From positions 1 to 45,001 of the forward strand of contig SDNY01000011.1 in the NCBI GenBank assembly GCA_004524535.1: 45,001 nt of DNA. Reading direction: 5' to 3'. The stretch's first letter is position 1; the number at the start of each line of letters is the position of its first letter. Shown piece by piece: positions 29,892 through 39,445 of the stretch. A program made the translations under genes and the position numbers. This DNA comes from Promethearchaeota archaeon (lineage in GTDB: Archaea > Asgardarchaeota > Lokiarchaeia > Sigyniarchaeales > SOKP01). The notes under the pieces are model-generated. The model saw nothing but the letters and a program-made list of their open reading frames with translations, was not told the origin of the DNA and did no database searches.

Positions 29892-31649
29892 TTATTTAAA
29901 GATTTTCACTCCACGTTTTTCTAATTTATCTAATGAGTCTGGGATTTTAATTATGTTATTTTTTTCTAAATTAAGATATTTAAGTGATGAAAGCGACTTT
30001 ATCGACTCTGGCAAGGTTTTCAAGGTGTTAGCTCTTAAAAATAAATATTTGAGAGACGAGAGAGAACCAATAGTCTTTGGAAGTTCCATTAAATTATTAT
30101 TACCTAAATATAAATATTTTAAAGATTGGAGTGACCCTATTGAGTCTGGGATTTTTTCTAATTTATTATAATAACAGTATAAATATTTCAGTGCAGTAAG
30201 GGATCCAATTGAATCAGGAATCTTTATTAGATGGTTCTTTCCTAAATCTAATATTTCAAGTGTAAAGAGAGAACCCATTGAATCAGGTATAGTTTCTAAT
30301 TTATTAAATCCTAAGATTAAAGTTTTTAATTTATGAAGAGATCCTAATGATGCTGTTAGAGTGGTTAATCTATTACTTGATAAATCTAGTTCTTTTAAAG
30401 AAGATAACTGTCCGATTGATTCTGGGAGCATTGTAATATTGTTTTTACTCAAATCTAAGATTTCTAAGGAAGATAGTGATCCTATCGATTTCGGTAACTC
30501 CTTTAACAAATTATCATATAAATCAAGTTCTCTGAGTGAAGTAAGCAACCCAATTGATTCAGGAAGCGTTTCCAGATGATTAAGACCAAGTTTTAATTCT
30601 TCAAGTGAAATCATTTTTCCTATTGACTCTGGAAGATTCTTTAAATCATTTCTCTGCAAATTTAATCGCTTCAGGGAATCTAATCCTCCTATTGTTTCTG
30701 GAAGTGATCTTAATTTATTATTATGGATGTCTAATCTCACTAATGATTTTAAATTGCCTATGGATTCAGGTAATTCAGTTAAATAATTAGATGATAAACT
30801 TATATTCTCTATAGATGAAAGTGAACCTATAGTCTTTGGAATAGATTTTAGCTTATTTTCCATCAAACCTAAATATTTAAGGTTGCTAAGAGCTCCTATT
30901 GATTCTGGTAAAGTTTCTATATTATTTCCTTTTAAAAACAAAGCCGTTAAAGAGGTTAATGAACCTATCGATTTAAAAATAGATTTTAAATTATTATTTC
31001 TAATATTGAGTCTTTTTAGTGATTTTAATGAACCAATAGATTCAGGTAAAGTTGATAATTCATTATTTCCTAAATACAATATTTCTAATGAAAAAAGAGC
31101 ATTGATGGATGTTTTAAAAATTTCAAGTTTATTTCCACTTAAATCTAGTGTTTTTAAATTTGATAAATTGTTTAGAGATGAGGGAATATCTTTTAATTTA
31201 TTCTCACTTAAATCCAAGAATTCTAAAGAAGAGATAGATCCTAAAGATTCTGGTAAACATACTAAATTATTCGATTCAAGGTGTAATTCCTTTAAGGAAG
31301 AAAGATTACCTATTGATTCAGTCAATTCTGATAATTGATTCTCACTAAAATCTAAAATTTCAAGAGAATCGAATGAAAAAAATTCATCAGGGACATTCTC
31401 TAAATTATTTCCTCTTAAATATAACTCTTTAAGAAAACTCAAAGAAAATATTGATTTTGGAATAGATGTTAACCCACAAGAAAAAAGTCCTAATCCAGAG
31501 ATATGACCTTCATGAGTAAAAAAACCAATATTATAATATTGTAGTTCAGTAAGTTCAGGTAAAGGTGATCCAATTATTTTTTCTAAAACTCCAATTACTT
31601 CTTTTTCTTCCACTGGAATTAAATCTTCAGAACTTCTTTCTTCTGGCAT
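29892..31649 (-). CDS. Leucine-rich repeat protein (about 23 repeats of 23 aa)
   Basis: Continuous LxxLxLxxNxLxxLPxSIGxLxx repeats. Confidence 0.95.
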   Translation of the reverse strand: MPEERSSEDLIPVEEKEVIGVLEKIIGSPLPELTELQYYNIGFFTHEGHISGLGLFSCGLTSIPKSIFSLSFLKELYLRGNNLENVPDEFFSFDSLEILDFSENQLSELTESIGNLSSLKELHLESNNLVCLPESLGSISSLEFLDLSENKLKDIPSSLNNLSNLKTLDLSGNKLEIFKTSINALFSLEILYLGNNELSTLPESIGSLKSLKRLNIRNNNLKSIFKSIGSLTSLTALFLKGNNIETLPESIGALSNLKYLGLMENKLKSIPKTIGSLSSIENISLSSNYLTELPESIGNLKSLVRLDIHNNKLRSLPETIGGLDSLKRLNLQRNDLKNLPESIGKMISLEELKLGLNHLETLPESIGLLTSLRELDLYDNLLKELPKSIGSLSSLEILDLSKNNITMLPESIGQLSSLKELDLSSNRLTTLTASLGSLHKLKTLILGFNKLETIPDSMGSLFTLEILDLGKNHLIKIPDSIGSLTALKYLYCYYNKLEKIPDSIGSLQSLKYLYLGNNNLMELPKTIGSLSSLKYLFLRANTLKTLPESIKSLSSLKYLNLEKNNIIKIPDSLDKLEKRGVKIFK

Positions 31650-31810
31650 TATTACTTTCTATAAAAATTTTTTATATATTTTTCTCAAAAAAAAAATATT
31701 CATTTCTTGTATATGTAATATAATAATAAAATTATTTCATAAATTAGATTGATAAAATTTTAACTTTAATTATGAAATAGAAGAAAATATATTCAAAAAA
31801 TAAAATTCAA

Positions 31811-32563
31811 TTAAAAATAAAGATCCATTGATTGAGCATATTTATAAGACATTTGTATATTTTTATTTCCTTCGTCAGAGATATTCATATGGCCAGGTAA
31901 TAAATATTTCACGTCTAAATGATTCGCTATAAATTTAATTGAGTTTTGAAGATCTTTTAAAGAACTTCCTGGGAAGTCGAACCTGCCTATGCTACCGCCT
32001 GTAAATACTAAATCCCCAGGAATTAATATCTTTTTGGAGGGTTCGTAGTAAGAGATCGACCCTAAAGAATGTCCAGGCGTATAATGAATTTGAAAAATGA
32101 ACTCAGAATTAATACTAATTTCTTTTAGATTGGTTAAATCTTTGATTTTAAGTGGTATTATCTTAGCTCCAAACATTTTAGGAGTTATTCCAAGAGCCCC
32201 AGGACAAATTTTTGATTCATCCCCTTCAGATAAGATTTGAACAGTTTCTCCATACGCAAAAATTTCAGGAGGATTATCTTTCATCTTCTCCATTAGAGGA
32301 TAAAGTCCAATAACATGGTCAATATGCTCATGAGTTAGAAAGATTTTCTTTATGTTATTATGATCAAGACCACAATTTTCCATTCCTTTCAATAGCCCAG
32401 ATACAGCTAAACTATTCCCAGCATCAAATAAAGCGATTTCTTTAGTATCGCTGTCGATTATACAATACTGATTACAATCTAACATTTGATTTTCTGAAAA
32501 ATAATACAAATTTTTTAAGATTTCTTTACCTCTTTTTTCAGAACTACTGCTTTTAAAAAACAT
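31811..32563 (-). CDS. MBL-fold metallo-hydrolase
   Basis: THEHIDH, TPGHS, GDLVF, GRFDFPG, LLPGH. Confidence 0.92.
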   Translation of the reverse strand: MFFKSSSSEKRGKEILKNLYYFSENQMLDCNQYCIIDSDTKEIALFDAGNSLAVSGLLKGMENCGLDHNNIKKIFLTHEHIDHVIGLYPLMEKMKDNPPEIFAYGETVQILSEGDESKICPGALGITPKMFGAKIIPLKIKDLTNLKEISINSEFIFQIHYTPGHSLGSISYYEPSKKILIPGDLVFTGGSIGRFDFPGSSLKDLQNSIKFIANHLDVKYLLPGHMNISDEGNKNIQMSYKYAQSMDLYF

Positions 32564-32641
32564 TTTATTGAAAGAAGTTAGCTTAACTTTAATGTTTTTT
32601 CTTTATAAAGTTTAATAAATTCTGCAAAATAATTATATATT

Positions 32642-33037
32642 ATGTCTAAAGAGCCCAATATTGATGATTTAAAATCCAAAATAGATTTCGGAATAAAAAT
32701 ATGGTTAGAATTTAAGGAAGGTGATAAAAAAAAGAATATCTTGGGCTCTGGATGGGCAAAACTTTTAGAAAGTTTAGATAAAACCGTGAGCGGATCATTA
32801 ATTCAAGCTGCTGAAGAGTGTGGATATTCGTATAAATATGCTTGGAATATTTTAAAGCGCATTGAAAAAAGAACAGGATTCTCACCCGTAGAGACACGCA
32901 AAGGAGGTCGTGGAGGAGGGGGTTATGTCGAATTAAATGAATGGGGGAAATATCTTTTAAAAACTTACAATAATTTACTATTTGAACTTGAAAAAATAGA
33001 AAAAAAACTTGGAGAAACTTTTAAAATTAATGAATAA
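32642..33037 (+). CDS. ModE N-terminal-like winged-helix regulator
   Basis: GSLIQAAEECGYSYKYAW and RKGGRGGGGYVELNEWG. Confidence 0.88.
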   Translation: MSKEPNIDDLKSKIDFGIKIWLEFKEGDKKKNILGSGWAKLLESLDKTVSGSLIQAAEECGYSYKYAWNILKRIEKRTGFSPVETRKGGRGGGGYVELNEWGKYLLKTYNNLLFELEKIEKKLGETFKINE

Positions 33038-33332
33038 ATACATTTTAATATAAAATAGCATTTCCGCACAATAATTAATTTAATTTGAAACAATCATGGG
33101 AGGTAATCTTAAGCAATTTGGCGAAATATATTGGTTTATCTTATAAAAGGATATTTTTATGAAACTGCTAGAACTTTTAAATTAATAATTTATTAATTAA
33201 TCAGATTAAATGAATTTAAAATGGGTTGAAAATGTTATAAGTAAAATTAAGAATAATTTTAATAATTAAGTGATTATAAGATCTAATAATAATAATTATA
33301 AATATAAAAAAAATTGAGGCTATAACCGTAGA

Positions 33333-34817
33333 ATGGCTTTACCGCTTCCAGGAACACCAGTTATAATTGATATCGGTAGTGCTTATGTTAAATTAGGTTT
33401 TGCTGGTGAACCTACACCTCGTTTTGTTTTTCCTTGTATTGTTGGTACCGAAAAATATAGAGCAGTAATGGTTGATGTTGGTGGTCAAAGGAATTATTAC
33501 GTTGGAAATGATGCTATGAAAATGAGAGGCGTCCTTAAAGTAAAATATCCTATACAGAGAGGCGCTATTATGGATTGGGAAGCGTACTACGAGATTTTAA
33601 ACTATATTTTTTATACTTTACTTAGAATAGAAAATCTTTCAAATTATCCCATAATTTATGCTGAGCATCCTTTTGTACCAAAAGAAACTAAAGAATTTAT
33701 AGCAAGAGTTTTGTTCGAAACGCATAAAATTAATTCTTTAATAATGTTGCAATCCCCATTTTTATCATTGTTTTCCGTTGGATTGACAACAGGATTGGTA
33801 ATTGAGAGTGGTGACGGGCTAACTTGGATTGTTCCAATCGTCAATGGGGTGATCCAACATCAAGCAATCCAAAAGTTAAATCTTGCTGGAATAGATGTAA
33901 ATCACAATTTAAGAACATTAATGATGAGAGAAGGAATTAATATTGAATCTTCAGCAGCAGAAGAAATATTAAAAGAGATAAAAGAAAAAAACTGCTATTT
34001 TGTATTAGATCCTAATAAGCCTCCAAGTTCGCAAGGTTCCTACAGTTTTCCAATGCCTGATGGCTCAGTTAAACAAATTCCAAGTAATGTTTTGCATGAA
34101 GCTCCTGAGGTGATGTTTCAACCTGGTATGTTAGGTTATAATATAATGAATATCCCCCAAGCGATAATATATTGTTTACAGATGATGGATAAAGCCTATT
34201 GGAATGATTTATTATCACACATTGTACTTTCAGGTGGAAACCTGTCTTATAGCGGATTTGAAGAACGATTAAAACAAGAATTAGGAGCACTTTTACCTCA
34301 ATTAGGCCCTATTCCTAAACCTCAAGTTCAGCAAACTCCTATTAGTAGCCAAGAAACTAAACTTGAAGCAATTAAAGTAAGAGAAAAAACAAAGGACACA
34401 TGTCCTGAATGTGGAGAATTAGTGGACTTATCTGATGGAAAAGAATCCTGTCCTAATTGTGGAGCGAGTATGAAATTGCCACAAGTATCCATAGATATAG
34501 GAAAGTCAGTTGATAAGAAATCGAAGAAATGTCCCCATTGTAATAAGAAAATTATTGATTCAACATCCGTCTTTTGCCCATTCTGTGGAAAAGGAATTGC
34601 TGATAACTTTACTAGTGTGAAGGAGTTTACAGATGTCTCAGATTCAGATGAGATAATTAAATTTTTTATTCCTGATAATCTTCAATATTCTATTTTTAAT
34701 GGATCCGCAATACTTGGAAGCCTTCCTAGCTTTCAGAATCTATTCGTTACATACGACGAATTTCAAGGTAATCCAAATGCCTTATACAGAGAGATTTCTG
34801 ATGTTTTTAAGTTATAA
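33333..34817 (+). CDS. Actin-related protein with an inserted tandem zinc-ribbon region
   Basis: IIDIGSAYVKLGFAGEPTPRFVFP, YVGNDA, KYPIQRG, ESGDG, LAGIDV, EIKEKNCY, PEVMFQP, VLSGG and GSAILGSL; insertion carrying four CxxC. Confidence 0.92.
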   Translation: MALPLPGTPVIIDIGSAYVKLGFAGEPTPRFVFPCIVGTEKYRAVMVDVGGQRNYYVGNDAMKMRGVLKVKYPIQRGAIMDWEAYYEILNYIFYTLLRIENLSNYPIIYAEHPFVPKETKEFIARVLFETHKINSLIMLQSPFLSLFSVGLTTGLVIESGDGLTWIVPIVNGVIQHQAIQKLNLAGIDVNHNLRTLMMREGINIESSAAEEILKEIKEKNCYFVLDPNKPPSSQGSYSFPMPDGSVKQIPSNVLHEAPEVMFQPGMLGYNIMNIPQAIIYCLQMMDKAYWNDLLSHIVLSGGNLSYSGFEERLKQELGALLPQLGPIPKPQVQQTPISSQETKLEAIKVREKTKDTCPECGELVDLSDGKESCPNCGASMKLPQVSIDIGKSVDKKSKKCPHCNKKIIDSTSVFCPFCGKGIADNFTSVKEFTDVSDSDEIIKFFIPDNLQYSIFNGSAILGSLPSFQNLFVTYDEFQGNPNALYREISDVFKL

Positions 34818-34948
34818 CTAAAACTAATTGTTTTTCATCAAGAATCATAAAAAAATCTACTTAAATTGTTTTAAATTTCGATAATTTTTAATTTCAAGTT
34901 GAATTTAGAAATTTAAGTTTAAAAGATTAATCTAAGGTAATTACTTAA

Positions 34949-36106
34949 TTGAAAATATCGAAAATTCGATTATTAACAATTTTTATGTTATTCCTTGTGA
35001 TCTCTTTGAGTTTATCACCATTCGCATTAGCAAAAACACGAAAAACGTATTTATCTGATTTTCTCTTAGATAATTTTATCGATGATGAAGGTTTTTCAAA
35101 CTGCAATAGAGAAGATTATCGTGATGATAGTAATGAGGTCTCATACGAAGCAACCGCTTATGCTTTAGAAATTCTTGGAAAATATAATATGTTAGAAGAA
35201 AAAGATCTGTTTGGAAAAGTTGAAAAGAGATATAATTCTTCAGATCTTCAAGACGATTTAGAAGAACACCTTAACTCCATGTATACGTCTGGTATTAAAG
35301 ATATATATGATACATATTATATCTTAAAATCTTTAGAAGAAATGGACGAAGAAATAGATTCAACTTTGGCCCTTCGAATTAAATTATATCTCGATGGTGC
35401 TGCCCAGAGTAATGGAGGTTTTGCTGCTACAGATACTTCTACATCAGCTACTCTAATTTCAACCTATTTTGCGTTACAAATTTATGACTTAATAGATCAA
35501 CCTCTCCCAGATCCAAGGGGTTTTGTCTTGTCGTGTGGTAATCCTGATGATCCTGATGGGGGATATGGAGGTGAACCTGAATCTTCCTCAACTATCGCCA
35601 ATACTTTTTATGCTATTTTAATCATGGATTTCTTAGATGATTTCGATGCTTTAATCTCAGAAAGTTTGACGATTAGTTATCTTAATTCGTTTTATATAGA
35701 TGATGAGGAAGATGAAGATAATTACGGGGGATATTTACCTGATCAAAATGCTAAATATGCATTAATTAGTAGTACTTACTATTGTCTAAAAGCCATTTCT
35801 TTACTCGATAAAGATGAAATAGAAGATGAAGATGCTACTTCAGAATGGCTTTTAGATCGACAGAATTTCCAAGACGGAGGTTTTGTTGATCAAAGTGAAG
35901 GATACGAACAAAAATATTCTTCAGTAATTAGTACTTATTTTGCCCAAGAAGCGTTAGATTTACTAGGTAAGGAAGATTTATTAGAAGAGAAGGTGTTCAT
36001 GCTGGAGTGGGAATGGTACGATTTTTTAATATTCTTTATTATCTTGATTGCTCTTATCACATTGGGAATAATAGGTCTTTATATTAGGCGAAAGAGAAGA
36101 CTATAA
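34949..36106 (+). CDS. Secreted, C-terminally anchored prenyltransferase/squalene-oxidase repeat (alpha/alpha toroid) protein
   Basis: Signal peptide (SPFALA), repeats QSNGGF, DGGYGG, YGGYL and QDGGF each followed by STY.AL, then a C-terminal TM and RRKRRL. Confidence 0.8.
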   Translation: MKISKIRLLTIFMLFLVISLSLSPFALAKTRKTYLSDFLLDNFIDDEGFSNCNREDYRDDSNEVSYEATAYALEILGKYNMLEEKDLFGKVEKRYNSSDLQDDLEEHLNSMYTSGIKDIYDTYYILKSLEEMDEEIDSTLALRIKLYLDGAAQSNGGFAATDTSTSATLISTYFALQIYDLIDQPLPDPRGFVLSCGNPDDPDGGYGGEPESSSTIANTFYAILIMDFLDDFDALISESLTISYLNSFYIDDEEDEDNYGGYLPDQNAKYALISSTYYCLKAISLLDKDEIEDEDATSEWLLDRQNFQDGGFVDQSEGYEQKYSSVISTYFAQEALDLLGKEDLLEEKVFMLEWEWYDFLIFFIILIALITLGIIGLYIRRKRRL

Positions 36107-36213
36107 AGCATTTTTATATCTGGCGAAGGAGGAAATTATAAAATAACATAATATTTATAATTATTACTAGTTAATTTATTTATATTAGGCGAAAAAGAAG
36201 ATTATAAAACATT
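36078..36213 (+). repeat. Three imperfect copies (about 33 bp) of the gene's 3' end
   Basis: TTTATATTAGGCGAAAGAGAAGACTATAAAGCATT (36078), TTTATATCTGGCGAAGGAGGAAATTATAAAA (36113), TTTATATTAGGCGAAAAAGAAGATTATAAAACATT (36179). Confidence 0.75.
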
Positions 36214-36222
36214 CATAGCGAT

Positions 36223-37092
36223 TTGGTAATAATGGGAAAAATTCTCGATGGAAGGAAACTGGCAAATCAATTGAATTTAAAATTAAAAAATGAAATTCTT
36301 GGAGTCATAAAAAGGACAAAGATTAAGCCAAAATTAGCCACAATCTTGGTTGGAGAAGATCCAGCATCAAAAATATATGTGAATATTAAACATAAAACAT
36401 GTACTCAAGTTGGGATTGACTCATCTCAAGTTAATCTGAGTGGAGATATAAACAAGACAGAATTATTTAATGAAATAGAAAAATTAAATCAAGATGCAAC
36501 TATTCATGGGATATTATTACAATTGCCTCTCCCCTTGAAAATTCGAGACTTTACCCCTCAATTTCTTGAAAAAATTTCACCAATTAAAGATGTAGATGGT
36601 TTTCATCCTATAAATAGAGGTAAACTCTTTGATTATAACGAAGAATTAGCCCCGTGTACCCCTAAAGGCATAATCGCACTATTAGAACATTATAATGTCG
36701 AAATAAAAGGAAAAGATGTAACCATAATTAATCGGTCCAATCTTGTAGGGAAACCATTGATTTTTATGCTTTTAAAAAGAAATGCTACACCGACTATATG
36801 CCATACATCTACTAAAGACTTAGACCGCTGTATAAAACAGGCGGATATTTTAGTAGTCGCTGTAAGCCGGCCAAACTTTATTACTAAAGAAAAGATTAAA
36901 GAGGGTGTAATAATAATTGATGTCGGAACCAATAGGGTAGAAGGTAAATTATGTGGAGATGTAGATTTTGAAGATGTATTAGAAAAAGTTAGTATGATTA
37001 CGCCAGTTCCAGGTGGTGTTGGTCCGATGACTGTAAGTTATTTGCTTCGAAATACTTTCAATGCGTTTAAAAAACAAATAAATATAAATTAA
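36223..37092 (+). CDS. folD: Bifunctional methylenetetrahydrofolate dehydrogenase/cyclohydrolase
   Basis: ILDGR, VGEDPASKIY, HGILLQLPLP, KDVDGFHP, PCTPKG, RSNLVGKP, TPVPGGVGPMT. Confidence 0.96.
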   Translation: MVIMGKILDGRKLANQLNLKLKNEILGVIKRTKIKPKLATILVGEDPASKIYVNIKHKTCTQVGIDSSQVNLSGDINKTELFNEIEKLNQDATIHGILLQLPLPLKIRDFTPQFLEKISPIKDVDGFHPINRGKLFDYNEELAPCTPKGIIALLEHYNVEIKGKDVTIINRSNLVGKPLIFMLLKRNATPTICHTSTKDLDRCIKQADILVVAVSRPNFITKEKIKEGVIIIDVGTNRVEGKLCGDVDFEDVLEKVSMITPVPGGVGPMTVSYLLRNTFNAFKKQININ

Positions 37093-37203
37093 ATAAAAAT
37101 CGAAGAAAAAAAATAAATTAATAAATTATTATTTTAACATTATAAAATAAACAATTAAAGAATATTCCAAAATTTAATTAAATATGTTTGTATAATTTGG
37201 GTT

Positions 37204-37656
37204 ATGGCTGTTCTTGAATGCGGAATTAATATAGGTAATAGGAATCTAATAGAGGTTCGATACTACGCATCATCAGATGTTTTAGATCCAAATCTCCGTG
37301 CAGGATTTCTATCTGCTTTAGAAAGTTTTACTACTGAAGTATTCTCTGACAGCATCAATGTGGTCTCCCTTGCTTCTTTTAAATTAGTTTGTTTCTGTGA
37401 GATGGTAGCATTACCCGGCGAAGACAAAGATAATACTCAACCTTTATTAGCATATGCCATAATAGAAAAAGAAACAGAGTCAGAAGTAGTTAAACGTCTT
37501 TTAAATAAAATTATTATGACCTTCCAGAATCGCTATTCTGTGTTAGATATTTTCGAAAAAAAACCTAAATATTTCAAAAAATTTGATATAAGGATTAGCG
37601 ACATTCTCGGTGATTTAAAAATGAAGACAGAAGACCGGTTCAAATCTCTCTTCTGA
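37204..37656 (+). CDS. Stand-alone longin-like domain protein
   Basis: DPNLRAGFLSALESFTTEVF helix resembles DPELISGFLTAVSSFGRE in the 2116-aa protein; beta-beta-alpha-beta-beta-beta-alpha-alpha pattern. Confidence 0.55.
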   Translation: MAVLECGINIGNRNLIEVRYYASSDVLDPNLRAGFLSALESFTTEVFSDSINVVSLASFKLVCFCEMVALPGEDKDNTQPLLAYAIIEKETESEVVKRLLNKIIMTFQNRYSVLDIFEKKPKYFKKFDIRISDILGDLKMKTEDRFKSLF

Positions 37657-37693
37657 AGTAATGATTTAATTTATTTTTTAGTTGTGATATAAT

Positions 37694-38887
37694 TTGAGTT
37701 CGAATATTGGACCTGAAGCGCAAGCTGCTTACCAGAAGTATCTTGATGCTGGTTCTTTAGATGAAAAAATTAAGAGATTAGAAGAATTTCTATCTCTAGT
37801 TCCTAAACATAAGGCAACCGAGAAAATTGTAGCTCTCAATAGATCTCGTCTTGCTAAATTAAAGCGCCAACAAGAAGAACATAAACAGAGATTGAAATCC
37901 TTAGGTAAAAAAAGCCCATTTTCAATCAAAAAAGAAGGTATTCAAGTAATTCTGATAAGTGATTATTATAATCCCGGTGTTGGAAAGAGTTCAATTTTAA
38001 ATTACTTAACCGGGGCAGCTAAAAAGAAAATTGGTAAATTTACATCAATTCCTGAAATAGGTATATATAAATTTAAAAAAATAAAATTTCAAATAGTTGA
38101 TATGCCCTCTATAATGGAAGGTGCGTCAAAAGGAGTAGGCAATGGTAAAGAAATTCTCGCACAAATTAGATCCTCAGATTTAATATGTTTTTGTATTGAT
38201 TTATCACGAAATTTTGAAAATCAGATGAATTTAATACTAACCGAACTTTCTAACGCAGATATTAAAATAAATATTCCGCCTCCCCCTATAACTATTGAAA
38301 AAACGGGTTCCAACAAAATCCAAATATTTTATTTATCAAGTGAAGCTCAAAATATGGAAAACATGGAGGATTTAAACGAACAAATAATTGAAGTTGTCCA
38401 AGAAGCTGGAATCCGAAATGGTATTGTAAAAATTTATGGTGAAATCACTCTTGCTCAAGTTGTCGACGCTTTAACTCCTTCAGTAGTATATAAAGACGGA
38501 ATAATTTTAGCAACTAAAGGAGATCTCCCTCACACTGAAACTGCTTATCTTAATTTAAAAAATCATTATTCTTCTCAATTTCCGCTAATTATTGGTACAA
38601 GCATTAAGAAAAACAACTTTCCTAACAAATTTGGAGAAATTATTTTAGAGTATTTAGATAAGATAAAGATTTATACTATGAACATTTCTGGAAAGGTTGC
38701 TGAGAAACCTCTTATAATGGATAAGGGTTCTACTGTAAAAGATGTAGCATTTCGGATTCATAAAAGTTTCAAAGAATTATTTGATTATGCTGTCGTTATT
38801 AGAGAAGGAGCTCGTCAAAAAAAGAAAAGAGTGGGTATAGATTATAAATTAAAAGATAATGATATTATAGAGATTCATACTGTTTAA
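37694..38887 (+). CDS. DRG/OBG-family GTP-binding protein with a TGS domain (divergent G motifs)
   Basis: PKHKATEK N-terminus, PGVGKSS, FQIVDMPSIMEGASKGVGNG, C-terminal TVKDVAFRIH...RVGIDYKLKDNDIIEI. Confidence 0.88.
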   Translation: MSSNIGPEAQAAYQKYLDAGSLDEKIKRLEEFLSLVPKHKATEKIVALNRSRLAKLKRQQEEHKQRLKSLGKKSPFSIKKEGIQVILISDYYNPGVGKSSILNYLTGAAKKKIGKFTSIPEIGIYKFKKIKFQIVDMPSIMEGASKGVGNGKEILAQIRSSDLICFCIDLSRNFENQMNLILTELSNADIKINIPPPPITIEKTGSNKIQIFYLSSEAQNMENMEDLNEQIIEVVQEAGIRNGIVKIYGEITLAQVVDALTPSVVYKDGIILATKGDLPHTETAYLNLKNHYSSQFPLIIGTSIKKNNFPNKFGEIILEYLDKIKIYTMNISGKVAEKPLIMDKGSTVKDVAFRIHKSFKELFDYAVVIREGARQKKKRVGIDYKLKDNDIIEIHTV

Positions 38888-39115
38888 AATAAAAAATAGC
38901 TATTTTAATTTAAAACTAGAAGAATAAAATAATTTAATTTTTATTATTTCAATGCGACGTTATAAGTTCAATTATTTGAGGAATTTTAGAGATTTGATCT
39001 ATATAAAGTTGATTTAATTTAGAAATTCCTCCTGAAATATTTTTAATACTTTCAAACGAGTAAATTAAATTCTCTAGATAATCAATTATACTAAAGAAAA
39101 AGATAAAAAGAATTT

Positions 39116-39445
39116 TTATATTGATTGATAGTGATCTCTAAAATGAAAAATTAGACTAACGATTTCTTTTCCTCTGTTATTCAAGATAAACTTAGTAGGA
39201 TTATAAGCTCTTCCACCAATAATATCTACATATTGTTTGATAAATTTACTATTTCTCTCAAAGAAATTAAGTATAGTTGAGTTGTCTTTTATTCCTATAT
39301 AGTTCATTAAAGAGGTTGTTGTGGCGACATTTCCCTGTTTTGAAATTTCATAAATCGCTGTTAGATATCTCTCAAAACTCCCATGAATTCGATAAGATTT
39401 CTTTAAAGGATTAATAATTGAAATTGTACTACTGATAGAGTATAT
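39116..39445 (-). pseudogene. Frameshifted C-terminal continuation of 39403..41382, encoding a DtxR-like winged helix
   Basis: The frame of ORF 39116..39307 is open from 39445 and overlaps the upstream ORF: ISSTISIINPLKKSYRIHGSFERYLTAIYEISKQGNVATTTSLMNYIGIK...FILNNRGKEIV. Confidence 0.7.

Noticed and set aside
29953-31338. Several + strand ORFs with repeated PIDSG motifs
   Set aside because: Antisense reflections of the LRR repeats.
36078-36213. Possible mini-CRISPR array
   Set aside because: Copies are degenerate, irregularly spaced and derived from a coding 3' end; no cas genes in the window.
37654-37692. TGA stop of the longin-like gene as a possible Sec codon
   Set aside because: Read-through adds only a short low-complexity tail, with no redox motif or SECIS-like hairpin.
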